Source: Mycobacterium sp.
Lineage (GTDB): Bacteria; Actinomycetota; Actinomycetes; Mycobacteriales; Mycobacteriaceae
Assembly: GCF_965277065.1 (NCBI RefSeq)
Contig: NZ_CBDIBT010000012.1
Location: 132 to 64,131 of the forward strand
Reading direction: 5' to 3'
Length of the DNA stretch: 64,000 bases
This document shows positions 1 through 10,660 of the stretch, one piece after another. The notes below the pieces were generated by a model that did not search any database, was not told the DNA's origin, and saw only the letters and a program-made list of their open reading frames with translations. The position numbers were made by a program, and so were the translations under genes. How positions within the stretch are numbered: the stretch's first letter is position 1; each line of letters starts with the position of its first letter.

Positions 1-326
1 GTCTCTGACGACCACCGTGCGCGGCGTGATCACCGGGCGCACCTGGAAAACACGTGTAGTCGACCGGCGGACCATCGCGCCGACACCGGCGAGCGGACGA
101 CCCGCGATCCACAGGGGTGAAGCGCATTCGCTAGCATCATTTGCAACCTGCCTAAGTACACCTAAGGGTATGGCTGATGAAGCAAAACTCAAGGTCAGAG
201 CGGCTTGCTACTGACGTAAGCCCGAGCGGGCTGTATCCGACTGTGTTTCACGATCTGATTCGACGGTCAATGGATCGTGGGGTCATTCAGTAGGGCCGTA
301 TCCGACGATGCCGGTCGGCATGGCGG

Positions 327-972
327 CTACTTTTTGTGCCCTTCTTCCAATGTGGGCTTGATGACTGTTGCGACCCTGTACTTCTTCACGCTGCCGTCGG
401 TGAGGATGAGTTGAGTGTGCTCGCCGACGTTGCAGATGGTGAAATGCCTTACCCGGTGTGCGATTCCACCTTCCCGGCAGTACGAGACGTCGACGGCGCC
501 GATGATCGCCACCTGCGGCTGCACCGCGCCCCGGCTGGTGCACTCCACCTTCGCGACCGATTGGCCGGCGATGTGCAGACATTGGCCGGCTACCCAGTCG
601 CAGTCGAGGCAGGTAGCGGCGGATTTGCCACCCGCCGACCAGGACAGGGTGAGGTCGGCGTCGTGCACGCATTGCGATTCCCTATCGACCCGGCCGATGA
701 CGCGATACGTACTGGCCGGCGAGCCACACGGTTCGTCCATCAGCTGCGGGGAGCCGTTGACCTTCCGCAGCGATACGCACGAGGAGGGCTGCCGCCGGAA
801 CAGGATCCGCGGCGCTGACCGGCAGCCGAGCGAAGTCGGTAGTGGGGTAGACGACGATCTGCGGTCCGCCCGCGCCCAACCACCCGATCACCCCGACGGT
901 GAGCGCCACCGCAGCGAATGCGGAAGGCCAGCGCCACCGATAGACAGCGTTGCGGCGCTCCGACGAGTTCAT
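327..972 (-). pseudogene. membrane-anchored Cys-rich hypothetical protein, apparently split across two frames
   Basis: ORF 682..972(-) gives a TM/signal-like N-terminus (WRWPSAFAAVALTVGVIGWLGAG) and then degenerates. ORF 327..740(-), in another frame, carries a protein-like Cys-rich continuation (..CVHDADLTLSWSAGGKSAATCLDCDW..). The overlap suggests one gene with a frameshift near 740-830. Function unknown. Confidence 0.3.
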
Positions 973-1210
973 CGCCCACCGATGTCGGCCGCGGGGACGG
1001 CGATGGTTCGCACTACCTCAACCACCATGACCGCCGTTACCTCCCGCCACGTCTCGCGCGCAGCCCGAACTGCGACTCCTCGCCGCTGATCGTATCCGGC
1101 GTCCAGGTACCGGCACCGGCATCAAACTCGACAGCATGCCGGCGCCTGTGCGCTGGAACATGCCCGCGACCGACCCGTGCATCCATGCGCCTGCCGACCG
1201 GTTCCGCAGG

Positions 1211-3061
1211 CTAGTGCGGGATTTTCGCCAGGATGGCGTTGGCGAGGTCGACGGCTTGGTTGCTTATGCCGATCCGGCAGGCCCACACGTCGGCGACCAT
1301 ATTGTTTTGGACGGCCACGGCCCGTTGGCAGGGACCCGTGGCCGGGTTGTTGTTCTTGACCGGCAGCTGCATCATGGAGAGCAGGTTGCCTTTTGCAGTG
1401 AGCGGTCCGAATTTCCATGGCACAGGAACGCTGTTCGGATACGTCGTCGTGAACTCCGTGCCCGAACATGACGCCCACTGCGCGGTTTGGGCAGTGAGCG
1501 AATTCTCCGCGACCGCCGCCGTCGGCAATTCGATGACTGCCTGAAACACTTCGAACGCGATCGGCACGTCGCCGGGCTCATGCACCGCCTGCGCACGCAC
1601 GGCGGTCCATCCGCCGGTCTCGACGTACACGGGCGCTTGCTCCGGGGCGAACGCACCGAGGCATTGCTTGCGGTCGATGACTCCCGTTTCATCTGTCATC
1701 TTGTCGGTCGCCTTAAAGATTGCCAGCTTCGTGGCGCCCATGATTTGTGCGACCTCCTCGGGAGTGGGCAGCAGGTTGTCGAGCGCGCTGGGCGGCAGCG
1801 GTGCGACCGGCGACGGCGACGGAGTTGACGACGTCGACACAGCAGGCGGCGGAGCTGACGTCGTCGACACAGCTTGCGACGGAGCGGCTTTGGGGTTGCC
1901 CTTGGAATGGTGCGCCAGTGTTACCACGCCCACCGCGGCACCGGCCAGCAGCACCGTGGCAGCCATCGCACCCAGGATGAGTCCGCGCCGCCGCCGCGGC
2001 CTGACCGGGGGAGGGGAGAGGACAGGTGCGCCCCACTGGGTGGGCGCGGCGGCGAACCCCTGCTGGGTGGGGTGTCCGCCGGTCTGCTGCCACCACTGCG
2101 GGCCGGTGGGAGGGGCGTCGCGATACGCACTGACCGCAGCAGCCGGCACCGGCTGCCAGGGTCGGGTCGTCAAGCGGGTGGTTGTGTGCACCAACGAGGA
2201 GGCGGCATCGGCCAGTTCACGTGCCGAGCCGAACCGCTGTGCGGGATCTTTCGCCATCGCCTTGGCGATCACCCCGTCCAGCGCCGGCGGCAGCCCGCCC
2301 ACGACATCGGACAGACGCGGCGGCGGCGCCTGCAGGTGGGCCATCATCACCGCGGCCGGCCCGTTTGCGGTGAAATACGGGGTTTTGCCGGTCAACAACC
2401 GAAACAGCGTGCAGCCCAACGAATACAGGTCGGCGCGCGCATCGAAAGTGCCGCCGGCGAGCACTTCGGGAGCGGTGTAGGCGACGGTGGCCATCAACGA
2501 GCCAGTCGCGGTCAGACCCGCATCATCGAGTCCGCGGGCGATTCCGAAATCGCCCAGCAGCACCCGCTCCTCACCAACGACCCCCGCCAGCAGGAAGTTG
2601 GCCGGCTTGATGTCGCGGTGCACCACCTGATGGGCATGGGCGAAGTCGAGCGCCTTCGCGACCTCGCTGACCACATACACCGCCCGCGCCGGGGTCATCG
2701 TTCCGCTCTTGAGTGCCGCGTCGGCGTCGGTGCCGTCGACGAGCTGCATCGCAATCCACAGCAGGCCGTCATCGGTGCGGCCCCGCCGGTAGATCGACAC
2801 GATGTTGGGGTGATCCAGCATCGAGGCCACGTCGGCCTCGCGGACGAACCGAGTCTGAAATTCCTCGTTGTGCGACAGCGCCGCGCTCAGCACCTTTAAC
2901 GCATCCCGGCGCGGCAACTCCGGGTTGGCCACCACATAGACCGCGCCCATGCCGCCCACACCCAGGAGCCGCTCGACCCGGTAGCCGGCCACCACCGAAC
3001 CCACAGGCAGCACACCCCACCCCCGATCGCCCACCCCGCTCATGGTCAGACAGCATGCCAC
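1211..3061 (-). CDS. transmembrane Ser/Thr protein kinase with PknH-like extracellular sensor domain
   Basis: Gly-loop [11 protein letters not shown], catalytic loop [11 protein letters not shown], one TM segment ([19 protein letters not shown]), and a Pro/Ser-rich linker. The C-terminal ~190 aa have paired Cys (..KQCLGAF.., ..WASCSG.., ..GPCQRA.., ..WACRIG..), typical of the PknH_C sensor fold. ATG at 3043 is an alternative start. Confidence 0.9.
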   Translation of the reverse strand: MACCLTMSGVGDRGWGVLPVGSVVAGYRVERLLGVGGMGAVYVVANPELPRRDALKVLSAALSHNEEFQTRFVREADVASMLDHPNIVSIYRRGRTDDGLLWIAMQLVDGTDADAALKSGTMTPARAVYVVSEVAKALDFAHAHQVVHRDIKPANFLLAGVVGEERVLLGDFGIARGLDDAGLTATGSLMATVAYTAPEVLAGGTFDARADLYSLGCTLFRLLTGKTPYFTANGPAAVMMAHLQAPPPRLSDVVGGLPPALDGVIAKAMAKDPAQRFGSARELADAASSLVHTTTRLTTRPWQPVPAAAVSAYRDAPPTGPQWWQQTGGHPTQQGFAAAPTQWGAPVLSPPPVRPRRRRGLILGAMAATVLLAGAAVGVVTLAHHSKGNPKAAPSQAVSTTSAPPPAVSTSSTPSPSPVAPLPPSALDNLLPTPEEVAQIMGATKLAIFKATDKMTDETGVIDRKQCLGAFAPEQAPVYVETGGWTAVRAQAVHEPGDVPIAFEVFQAVIELPTAAVAENSLTAQTAQWASCSGTEFTTTYPNSVPVPWKFGPLTAKGNLLSMMQLPVKNNNPATGPCQRAVAVQNNMVADVWACRIGISNQAVDLANAILAKIPH

Positions 3062-3263
3062 GACTGTGATCGGCGCGACGTCAAGGACGGGGAGGTCGCC
3101 GGTCCGGGCGGATCGTTAAAAGATCGCGGTGACGACTAAAGATCGCGGTGACGATCAGCCATCCCGCTACGGTGGCGTTCGTGGCGCGGCTGGCATTCGC
3201 CGTCCTCCGCGGAACAGGGCAATGAACCTGGTTGACCACCGATCCGCTTCGGTGCGGAAACTG

Positions 3264-3905
3264 CTATCGCGGACGGTCGACTTCGTAGGTCCCGGCGTCA
3301 TCCGTGACCACGACCGTGACATGGCGTTGCGCACCGTTAACGGCGACGTCGCACACGAAACTCGTGCCCTTCCTGGCGCTCGGGTTGCGGCCGTGGTTGC
3401 AGCTGACGTCGCCGACGGTGTTGGCGCCGTAGCCGCCGACCGGATCCGACAGTATCTGCGCGACCCCGGCCTGCACCCTAGAGACGTCGAGGACCCGACC
3501 GCCGTCACCGAGTTGGATTGCGCTGCGGATGATCACGGCCACTGACATCACGATCGCCAATGCTCCGGCGCCGATCAAGAGCCCACGGATCCGCCGGTCG
3601 TGGGCTGCGGTGTCGGCGCCCCCGCCCGGCGGGGGCCGGAGGTGCGGCTTGACCGGTGGCCACGGTGCGACGGGGCGCTGATGCCACGGGGCGACCGGCG
3701 GCGGTGGCATCGGGCGGTGCCCGCTCGGAGATCGGCCCGGGCCCGGGGCGGGAGGCGGCGGCCGGTGCGGGCTCGGCGGGGTGCGAGGCCGGGGTGATCG
3801 CGGTCGGGCGATCGCGGTGGGGTCATCGGAGGTCGGAGGGCGCAGATACCAGGGCTGCTCGGGCCCGGGTCGCGGGCCTTGGCCGGACGGTGGCGGGCGG
3901 TTCAC
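3264..3905 (-). CDS. Pro-rich membrane protein with C-terminal DUF4333-like domain
   Basis: This is the lower part of the 616-aa ORF 3264..5114. A GTG at 3905 overlaps (GTGA) the stop of the upstream peptidase frame. It has a Pro-rich N-terminus, a TM segment (LLIGAGALAIVMSVAVII), then ..VSRVQAGVAQILSDPVGGYG..VSCNHG..SFVCDVAVNG..TYEV, a pattern I associate with DUF4333. Start is uncertain. Confidence 0.55.
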   Translation of the reverse strand: MNRPPPSGQGPRPGPEQPWYLRPPTSDDPTAIARPRSPRPRTPPSPHRPPPPAPGPGRSPSGHRPMPPPPVAPWHQRPVAPWPPVKPHLRPPPGGGADTAAHDRRIRGLLIGAGALAIVMSVAVIIRSAIQLGDGGRVLDVSRVQAGVAQILSDPVGGYGANTVGDVSCNHGRNPSARKGTSFVCDVAVNGAQRHVTVVVTDDAGTYEVDRPR

Positions 3906-5362
3906 GGGAAGTTTCCGTAACACCCGCCAGCATCGCCGATCAGCCCGGACCGGAACGCGACGATACGGGTGAACCCGGCGGGCACGGTGTCGCCGTCGAC
4001 GTCGCTGGCCACCAGATGATTGGTCAACAACCCCGATATCGCCTCGTCGAGATCGCCGGCGGACAGCACCAAGGTGCCGCCCCGACGGCAGCGCGACCGG
4101 GTCGGACATGCCGCGCTGCGCGACACCGGTCAGGCACGCGGTCCGTAGCGCGGCCCGCTCCCCGGTCGGCGCGACGCCGTGCTGGTGCTGCACGGCCAGC
4201 ATGTAGCGCGATGTCACCACCGAGAAGGCGGTGTCATCGCCCTGCAGCAGTTCGCGGTTCTCTTGATCGGCGTAGGCACCCATCTGACGCAGTGCCGGCA
4301 GGTCGACGGTGATGGTGTTGGTCGCCGGGCAGTACGCGGCCGCCGGACTGGGCCGGGCGTCGGCGCACGTGACGGGTGTGCTCGCGGCCAGGGTAGGCGG
4401 CTGGCTGGGATGAAAGATCTGGTTGAGGGTCTCCATCAGCAGTTGCACGGCGTCCTCGGTGATAGCCATCTCGCCGCGGTCGGTGGAGGAGTAGGTCTGC
4501 AGCGACTGCGGCAAACCGGCACGGCGGCGGGCGATTTCGTCCTTGTCGATGGCCGCGCAGGTGCCGGCGTCACCGTCGAACCCTTCCTGGAAGGCGCCTA
4601 CCCGGTCCAGCGCGGAGCCGTGCGCACCATGCGCATTACCGGGTTCGTCGACGGGATCGCGCAGCGTGATCCCGCCGGCCAGGACGTGATCGAGCCCGTC
4701 GGTGGTGTTCATCGTGAACCGCGGGGAGTCGCCCTGAGCCACCCAGCGCAGGTAGACGCCGGCGACGCAGTCGGCCTGCTGCTCGCGCACGATGGTGCGG
4801 GTGAACGTGTGGACGGTGCGCGCCTGGCGCTGCACCGCGTGACCGATTTCATGCGCCAGCACCCCCGCGACCGCGATGTCGCCAAAGTACTTGCGCGCGC
4901 TGGGAATCAGAACGCCGCGGTCCCAGGACACCGAGTCGTCCCGGGCACAGAACGCGGCGTTAGCGTCCCGGGCGATGGCGGTTTTGCCGCACACCCGCGG
5001 GCTGGCCGGATTGGCCGAATCATAGGACCGCACCGCGGCCAGCGGCGTGTACTGGCCCGAGAAGGACTCAGGGTAGGTCGACGCCCAGAAGCTCTGAATG
5101 TCGTTGACCGCCAACAGGGCAAGCCGGTCGCCGTCGCCACCGTCGCCGCCTTCGACCTCGCCTACCGCTGCCGGCGCGCCGGCGCGGATGCCGTTGGGTC
5201 GGTCGCTGGTGGCAGGCCACCGACCCGGTCGGGGTCATAGATCATCGACGCCGCCCGGCCGCGGATCACCGCGGAGTCACACGCAGTCGTCATCGGGCTC
5301 AGGCACGCCAAGGCAAGGGCCGCGGCGGTCAGGACCGTGCCGCGGTCGCCGAAGCGAGGCAC
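3902..5362 (-). pseudogene. lipoprotein-type neutral zinc metallopeptidase (HEXXH), interrupted by two frameshifts
   Basis: It reads in three frames. Signal/lipobox (LTAAALALACLSP..TTAC) is in ORF 5162..5362. The catalytic body, with DIQSFW.. and HEIGHAV, is in ORF 3264..5114 down to about 4085. The C-terminal end (..GGTLVLSAGDLDEAISGLL..CYGNFP*) is in ORF 3902..4126. The junctions lie near 5165-5215 and 4078-4086 (G-run). Confidence 0.7.
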
Positions 5363-6027
5363 CGTGCCGGCGGTAGCCCATCCGATCCCTCCCGCCTCCG
5401 ATACTGGTCGCCCCGACGGTGTTTGGCCGCCACGCCCGCCCCGTTCACCCGACGCTAGCTCACCCGTCGTCGCTCAGCCCGCCCCCTTATGGAATCACCC
5501 CGACCCGGCCGCCGCGGCTCATTCGGGCGGGGCACAGTCGCGAGACCTCACGCGGAATCGTGGTCGTCATCAGCCGGGAGCTGCTGCGAGCGCGAGGTGT
5601 CGCTCTCGGCCCGGCGATCGGCGGCATAGATGATTCCGTCGATCTTGAGGTACAGCGTGGCCCCAATGCCGGTCGCCCGACTGTTGTCTGTGGCTGCGCG
5701 GTCCGCGTGCCAGACTTAGTCCGTGCCCAGCCGCACCGACATCGCGTGGCTTGCCCTGATGGTGGCGATGATGGGCTTGGTGGCCGCCTTCTGGCGCACC
5801 CGGCAGATCCGCAATGGCCAGGCCGACCCCATCATCTCCCCGGACTCGACCTCGATCGAGCGCCCGGCTTCACCGCCGTCCGCGATCCGGTGGGGCCTAG
5901 GCGCGACCCGACATCGAAGACGACCACGTCGGCCACCCCCTCCCATCTTCGGCGGAACCGTATCGGATCGGGGATCTGTCGCGTGATCACGGTCGGCGCG
6001 AGACGTCGCGGTAGCGCGGGCGCAGTG

Positions 6028-7400
6028 ATGCCGGCGGGACGGGCGTTGGTTCGCGTGACCGCGGGTGCCTGCGTCGCCGGCCTGGTATTCATCAGCGGAG
6101 CGTGTACGACGCACCCACCGGAAGCCGCCAAGGGTCCGGCAACACTGACCCCCGGGCCCAGCCCAACGGGGGAGTGCGGCCCGAATCAGTTGGCGCGCTG
6201 CGTGCCTGGGCTGGCTGACTTCAGCGAGGAATTCGTCGACGACATCCTCGTCGAGGCGCCCAAGCCGCCGTTCGCCACGTGGCCGCGTTCGACCACGGCG
6301 CCGGAGTCGTCGCCCGCCGACTGCCAGATCCTGCCGCGGCTGGGTGCGCGGACCGGTCCCGAACTCGCCGTGAGTTACCAGCCGGCGACCGATGCGTACG
6401 GGGTTCGGCGCGACCCGCGCTGTGCGGCGAAAGACACCGAGTGGGTCGAGGTCCGGCGGATGGCTGCCGACGCCGATGTCGATCTCGTGCGGGCGATGAC
6501 CGATTGGGCCCGCCAGTGTCCGATCTGGGCCGTCGCCCCCACCAGAGGGGACGGACGGATCCAGACCTGGTTGCTCGGTGAATCCGCCGACGCGCTGGCC
6601 CGCTACCAGTCCGGTGAGATCGCCAGGCAGTGGCGCCGCGTCACCCAGATGGCGGCCGCGGTGCTGCCCAACGGCGTGATCGCGCAGGCATGGTTCAGCA
6701 CCGACGATCCCTCGGCGACATCCCGCCGCGACACCCTCACCCAGCTGATCGACGCTGTGGGCCGGCACCGGCCGCGGTCGGCGCTGCCGCCTCGGCTTGC
6801 CGACTGGAGCCCGGGTCAAATCTCGACGCTGCTGCCGCCGCTGGCGGCAGGGGTCATCGTCGACGCACGGTCGGGCCAGGACGCGGACCCGCCGTGGAAC
6901 GGCTGTCTAAACACCGAATACCCACCTGAGCCGCGCCGGGACAGCGTGGCTGAACGGCGCGACACCGACCCGTCACGGTGGGGGCAGCCCACGGTGACGA
7001 TCGGCCGGGCCTACCCCGGAATCGACTATCTCGCTGACCTGCGGCGCGAGATCGCCACCTGCGCAGCGCATTCCACCGATAAACCCGAGCTGTGCGCGGA
7101 CCGGGAGGACCGCCGATACCTCACCACCGACACCTCACCACCGATGCCGCGCTCGCCGACGGCGAGGACACCGTGCGGTTCACGCACCGGTGGATGCGCG
7201 TGGAAAAGGTACAGGCTTACGACCGCTGCGACGAAGGCATTGAGATATACCGCGTCACCCAGGTGCGGGGCTTCCTCGTCGTCAGCAGCACAACGCATTC
7301 AGGCGGGCCCAAGGCAGCCCCCGGTCCGTCGCCGGCGATGCCGCTGCAAACTCTCGACGAACTCCAGGCCGCGACCGCGCACCAGCTCAAAGCCGCGTGA
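6028..7400 (+). pseudogene. putative secreted lipoprotein, disrupted by a 14-nt tandem duplication
   Basis: ATG at 6028 gives MPAGRALVRVTAGACVAGLVFISGAC (lipobox). The reading frame switches from ORF 5419..7416 to ORF 7092..7400 exactly at the direct repeat ACCTCACCACCGAC/ACCTCACCACCGAT (7118..7131 and 7132..7145). Removing one copy restores ..DRRYLTTDAALADGEDTVRFTH.. Function unknown. Confidence 0.6.
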
Positions 7401-7409
7401 ATTCAGCGT

Positions 7410-7832
7410 TCACTGACCGATCCAGCCGTACTGCGTGGCAGCAGATGGCGCCTGCGGCCCCGTCCAGCCCGGCGCGTGCTGCCTTCCGTCATGGTTGGCG
7501 CTCCACCACTGCGCGTAGTGCTGAGCCTGTGCGGCCTGCTGGCGCAACGTTTTTCGGGCTGAGCTGTTTCGCCACAGCGAGATCGGATTCCACACCAGCA
7601 GCGACGCCAGACTCCACCAGCCGAGCAACAGATTGTGCTGCTGGGCCTGGGTGATCGCGGCGTCGCACTGCGCGTAGGTGCCCGTGACGGTGCGGTACTG
7701 GTTGTACCAAAAAACGAGGGCTCCGAGGTGTTTGGTGACCCTTACCTGGAAGATCGGTTCTACCGGAGGCGCTGGCGGCGGCCCGCCGGGTTGGTTCGGT
7801 GCCCCGTAGGCACTGCTACCCGCTGGATACAC
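7410..7832 (-). CDS. Pro-rich small membrane protein (hypothetical)
   Basis: 140-aa ORF with a Pro/Gly-rich N-terminus and hydrophobic segments (HLGALVFWY, LLLGWWSLASLLVW). No recognisable catalytic motif. Confidence 0.5.
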   Translation of the reverse strand: MYPAGSSAYGAPNQPGGPPPAPPVEPIFQVRVTKHLGALVFWYNQYRTVTGTYAQCDAAITQAQQHNLLLGWWSLASLLVWNPISLWRNSSARKTLRQQAAQAQHYAQWWSANHDGRQHAPGWTGPQAPSAATQYGWIGQ

Positions 7833-7994
7833 GAGACCATCTCTTTCCGATCGGGGCTGCTCGTCCTCTGCAGGTTACGAGGTTGCGCAGCGACTCGCAG
7901 ACACTCGCCGCGCCGATCGGCCCCCGCCTCATCGCGCCGACATTACTGTCCACTCGCGCCGCTCACCGATACCGCCCCAAAACCGTTGCCCCGG

Positions 7995-8648
7995 TTACAT
8001 GTTCTGCGACTGCTCCAGTGCGGCAGCGACAATGGGCTGCGCCCACGCCGGCGTCGCGGTCAGATCGGGCGGCCCCACGATGCGGCCGCGCTGCATGTGC
8101 AACACCAGCATAGGCGTCGGCGCCTGCCCGGTCGCCGGGTCGGCGGTCGCCGAGTTGTCATACATCCGTAGCTCGGTGAGCAACGATAGCAGGTTGATCA
8201 GATTGATCCGGCTGTGTCGGTACCGGCGGCGGATCGCGGCCTCCGGAATGTCATGGCCGCCGCCGCGGACCCGCTGCCGCACCCGTTCGATGTGCGCCTC
8301 GACGCCATCCAGGCCCACAAAGAAGAGGCGAACCTCGCTACCGCGGGCAGCGGCGTCAGCTAACAGCGCGGGAATGGTGTTGCCGCCCAGCGTGGTCTCG
8401 AAGGCGAAGTCGAGCCCTTCGTCGATCGCACGCCGCAACAGCGTGCGGCCCTGCTCCCATGCCGCCGCGTTGGCCTCGGTCTGACTCAGCCCGGGGTTGG
8501 CCGCCAAGATCGCTCGGGCGGCCTCATCGGGGTTGTAGTACTCACCACCCTTATCGCGGATCGTGGCACCGACGACGCTGCTCTTCCCGGCGCCATTGAT
8601 CCCTGCCAGTACACGTACTTGAGCCGGTGTCGCGGTCGTGCCCACCAT
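7995..8648 (-). CDS. zeta-toxin-family P-loop kinase (TA toxin)
   Basis: Walker A GINGAGKS near the N-terminus. At ~217 aa, its size and layout (..FAFETTLGG.., ..LFFVGLD.., ..RVRQRVRGGGHDIPE..) fit zeta/PezT-like kinases. It sits 13 nt downstream of a Phd/YefM-like gene. Confidence 0.7.
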   Translation of the reverse strand: MVGTTATPAQVRVLAGINGAGKSSVVGATIRDKGGEYYNPDEAARAILAANPGLSQTEANAAAWEQGRTLLRRAIDEGLDFAFETTLGGNTIPALLADAAARGSEVRLFFVGLDGVEAHIERVRQRVRGGGHDIPEAAIRRRYRHSRINLINLLSLLTELRMYDNSATADPATGQAPTPMLVLHMQRGRIVGPPDLTATPAWAQPIVAAALEQSQNM

Positions 8649-8661
8649 GGGTCGCGCTGGA

Positions 8662-9015
8662 TTACCGCGACTGCGCGGTGCGCGCCGCCTTCACCGCGGC
8701 GGCGCCCATCTCCTCCGGAGAGGCATCGAATGCCGCGGCGACTCCAGCCTTGGCTTCGGCCGTCTGCATGGTGGCCAGCAGCGCGCTGAAGCGCTCACCG
8801 AGGTCGTCGAGGGCGGGTGTGGCTGAGGCGGTCAGAGCCTCGAACTCCGCGTACGACAGCAGCACTGCCCTGGGGGTGTCGTGCTTGGTGATCACCACCG
8901 CGCCATCCGCTGCGGCCTGCTCAAAGACGCTGCCGAACTCGTTTTTGAGGCGGCTGGCGGTGACCGCGGGGACATCGACCAGCTTGCCGTCGCGGTTGCG
9001 GAACGAAACGGTCAT
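8662..9015 (-). CDS. Phd/YefM-family antitoxin
   Basis: ATG at 9015 is preceded by GAGGAG. The N-terminus MTVSFRNRDGKLVDVPAVTASRLKNEFGSVFEQAAADGAVVITKHDTPRAVLLSYAEFEAL is the classic Phd/YefM fold signature. An acidic/Ala-rich C-terminal tail follows. Confidence 0.7.
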   Translation of the reverse strand: MTVSFRNRDGKLVDVPAVTASRLKNEFGSVFEQAAADGAVVITKHDTPRAVLLSYAEFEALTASATPALDDLGERFSALLATMQTAEAKAGVAAAFDASPEEMGAAAVKAARTAQSR

Positions 9016-9389
9016 GATGGTCTCCTCACTCGTGCCTACATCCAACAGTTTAGACCTTTTGCCCATTATGTGCGATTCGGACATTCTGGCCAGTTCAGTA
9101 TGTCACCGTTCACTCGCCGCGTCGCAGATACATCCGACCGGTTCGTCCAGCCGCCCAAACCTGCTTGCGAGCGCGACGTCGAAACCGGTCGGATCCACGA
9201 ACTCCGCGCGGCCGTCGCGAGGGTGTGGAACAGAGGACGCCGGATTCAGACTCCGGTGCCCTTGACGGGCACGCAGGTTCGACTCCTGCAGGACGTACAC
9301 ACGTAGTGGGGCCGTTGGTGAATCGCGTATCGCTCTTGGCTTTTACCCATGAGTTCCGGGTTCGTGTCCCAGGCGGCCCACTGACCTGC

Positions 9390-9460
9390 GCGCCGTTAGC
9401 TGAGTTGGGATAGCACCAGGCTCTTCATCTGGGGACTGGGTTCGAAACCCTCGCGGCGTA
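9390..9460 (+). tRNA. tRNA-Lys(CUU)-like element, degenerate (possible pseudo-tRNA or att remnant)
   Basis: Manual fold: acceptor GCGCCGT/GCGGCGT (two G-U pairs), D-arm GCTG..TAGC, anticodon stem CCAGG/TCTGG with loop CTCTTCA (CTT), and T-loop TTCGAAA. Against a functional tRNA: the T-stem has only 3 good pairs, position 37 is C, the length is ~71 nt, and no CCA is encoded. Confidence 0.4.
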
Positions 9461-9694
9461 CACGATAGTCACGCCCCTCGACTGTGCCCGCAATTCCGCC
9501 GCGTTGAAGCGGATTAACAGACGCAGCCCGACGGGTAGAGCCGTAGTCTCCAAAAGCAGCGGTCTCGGGAGTGTGAGCGTCGGGTCGCCCGGTAAACGAG
9601 TTCGTCCGATGCGCGATCACACGTAGGCAGGCCTACGCTGGCGCATCGTAACTACGTTAACTACACTGTTCGTCAGCACCGTAGTTATCGTAGT

Positions 9695-10654
9695 TTGGGA
9701 GATGCCGTGAAGCTGCAGCCAGAGCGGTTTAAAGATCTCGATAGCGGGGGCCTGTATTTCGTCCAGCCGGACCCCGAGCGCACTGGCGAGCAACCCGACG
9801 ATCAATCGGGTAGCGCGCTGGTGGGCTTGGTCGTGCGCGGGCCCGCGTCCGCCGACCGCCCAGGCGTCGGTGATCGCGACGCGTCGCTCCGCCGGATACA
9901 GGCCGATGTTAAACACCTGATCGGGGAGGGCCCGGTCGTCACCACAGAGCTGAGCGCGATCCTGGAGCCGGGTCAGGCAGCTCAACTGAAGACCGCACAC
10001 CTTGCGAACGTGGACGAGTTGCTTACTAAGGTCCGAAACCTCCTCGCCCACGACAACAGCCCCTTCAGTAGAGCAATGGTCCTTCACGGTCCGCGCGGGG
10101 ATATTGCCCACCACGCAGTGGCAGCGGAGGAAGGTCGGTCGTCGTCAGTTGCATTGCTGGACAGCATGATTGAGACAGCCCGCGCGCAGCTCCGGTTGCT
10201 GATTGAGTTCCGCGACACGCAGGCCGCCCCCGCCCACGAGGACGTGGCGGTCCAAACCGCGACCGGCCCCTTTCGGTACAGGCTGCCGTTGAGCCTGGAT
10301 GACACCTTCAGTTCGACCGAGGCGAGCACCATCCTTTCTCCCACAGGCAAACCCCACCGCACGATCGCGCAGAATCGTCGACGGGCCAACGAGCTGCTGG
10401 GGGTCAAGATAGGCAACCGCTACCGGTATCCGAAATTTCAGGTCGATCCTGCGAAGCACGAGATTCGCCCGGTCGTCGCGCATGCCAACCGCAGACTGGA
10501 AAGCGATGCCGACCCCTGGGGTGCCCTGGACTGGTGGTTTTCTGAAGACGAAGGTCTCGGCGGCCGGCGCCCGGTGGACCTGCTGCAACAACACGAATTA
10601 GGCGAGGACGTCGTCGATTTCGCTATCGACCGCAGTCAGCAAGGTATGGACTGA
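9695..10654 (+). CDS. Xre/MbcA/ParS-type antitoxin (HTH + DUF2384-like C-terminal domain)
   Basis: The C-terminal third (..RRANELLGVKIGNRYRYPKFQVD..PWGALDWWFSEDEGLGGRRPVDLLQQHELGEDVVDFAI) looks like an excisionase-type HTH plus the toxin-binding domain of RES-associated antitoxins. It ends 6 nt before the RES gene. The N-terminal extent is uncertain (alternative ATG at 10076). Confidence 0.6.
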   Translation: MGDAVKLQPERFKDLDSGGLYFVQPDPERTGEQPDDQSGSALVGLVVRGPASADRPGVGDRDASLRRIQADVKHLIGEGPVVTTELSAILEPGQAAQLKTAHLANVDELLTKVRNLLAHDNSPFSRAMVLHGPRGDIAHHAVAAEEGRSSSVALLDSMIETARAQLRLLIEFRDTQAAPAHEDVAVQTATGPFRYRLPLSLDDTFSSTEASTILSPTGKPHRTIAQNRRRANELLGVKIGNRYRYPKFQVDPAKHEIRPVVAHANRRLESDADPWGALDWWFSEDEGLGGRRPVDLLQQHELGEDVVDFAIDRSQQGMD

Positions 10655-10660
10655 AAGTCG

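Noticed and set aside
1-214. Possible 5' end of a minus-strand gene leaving the window (ATG at 75) and plus-strand ORF 17..214
   Set aside because: Only 25 codons of the minus-strand gene are visible, and the plus ORF is unremarkable. Neither can be supported from the sequence available.
5419-6027. The N-terminal 200 aa of the 665-aa ORF 5419..7416 as real coding sequence
   Set aside because: It is Pro/Arg-rich and low-complexity, typical of an out-of-frame high-GC read-through. A good lipoprotein signal starts at 6028. The 5363-6027 interval does show protein-like fragments on the minus strand in two frames (for example ..SIEVESGEMMGSAWPLRICRV.., ..YLKIDGIIYAADRR..), but I could not assemble a gene, so it may be another relic.
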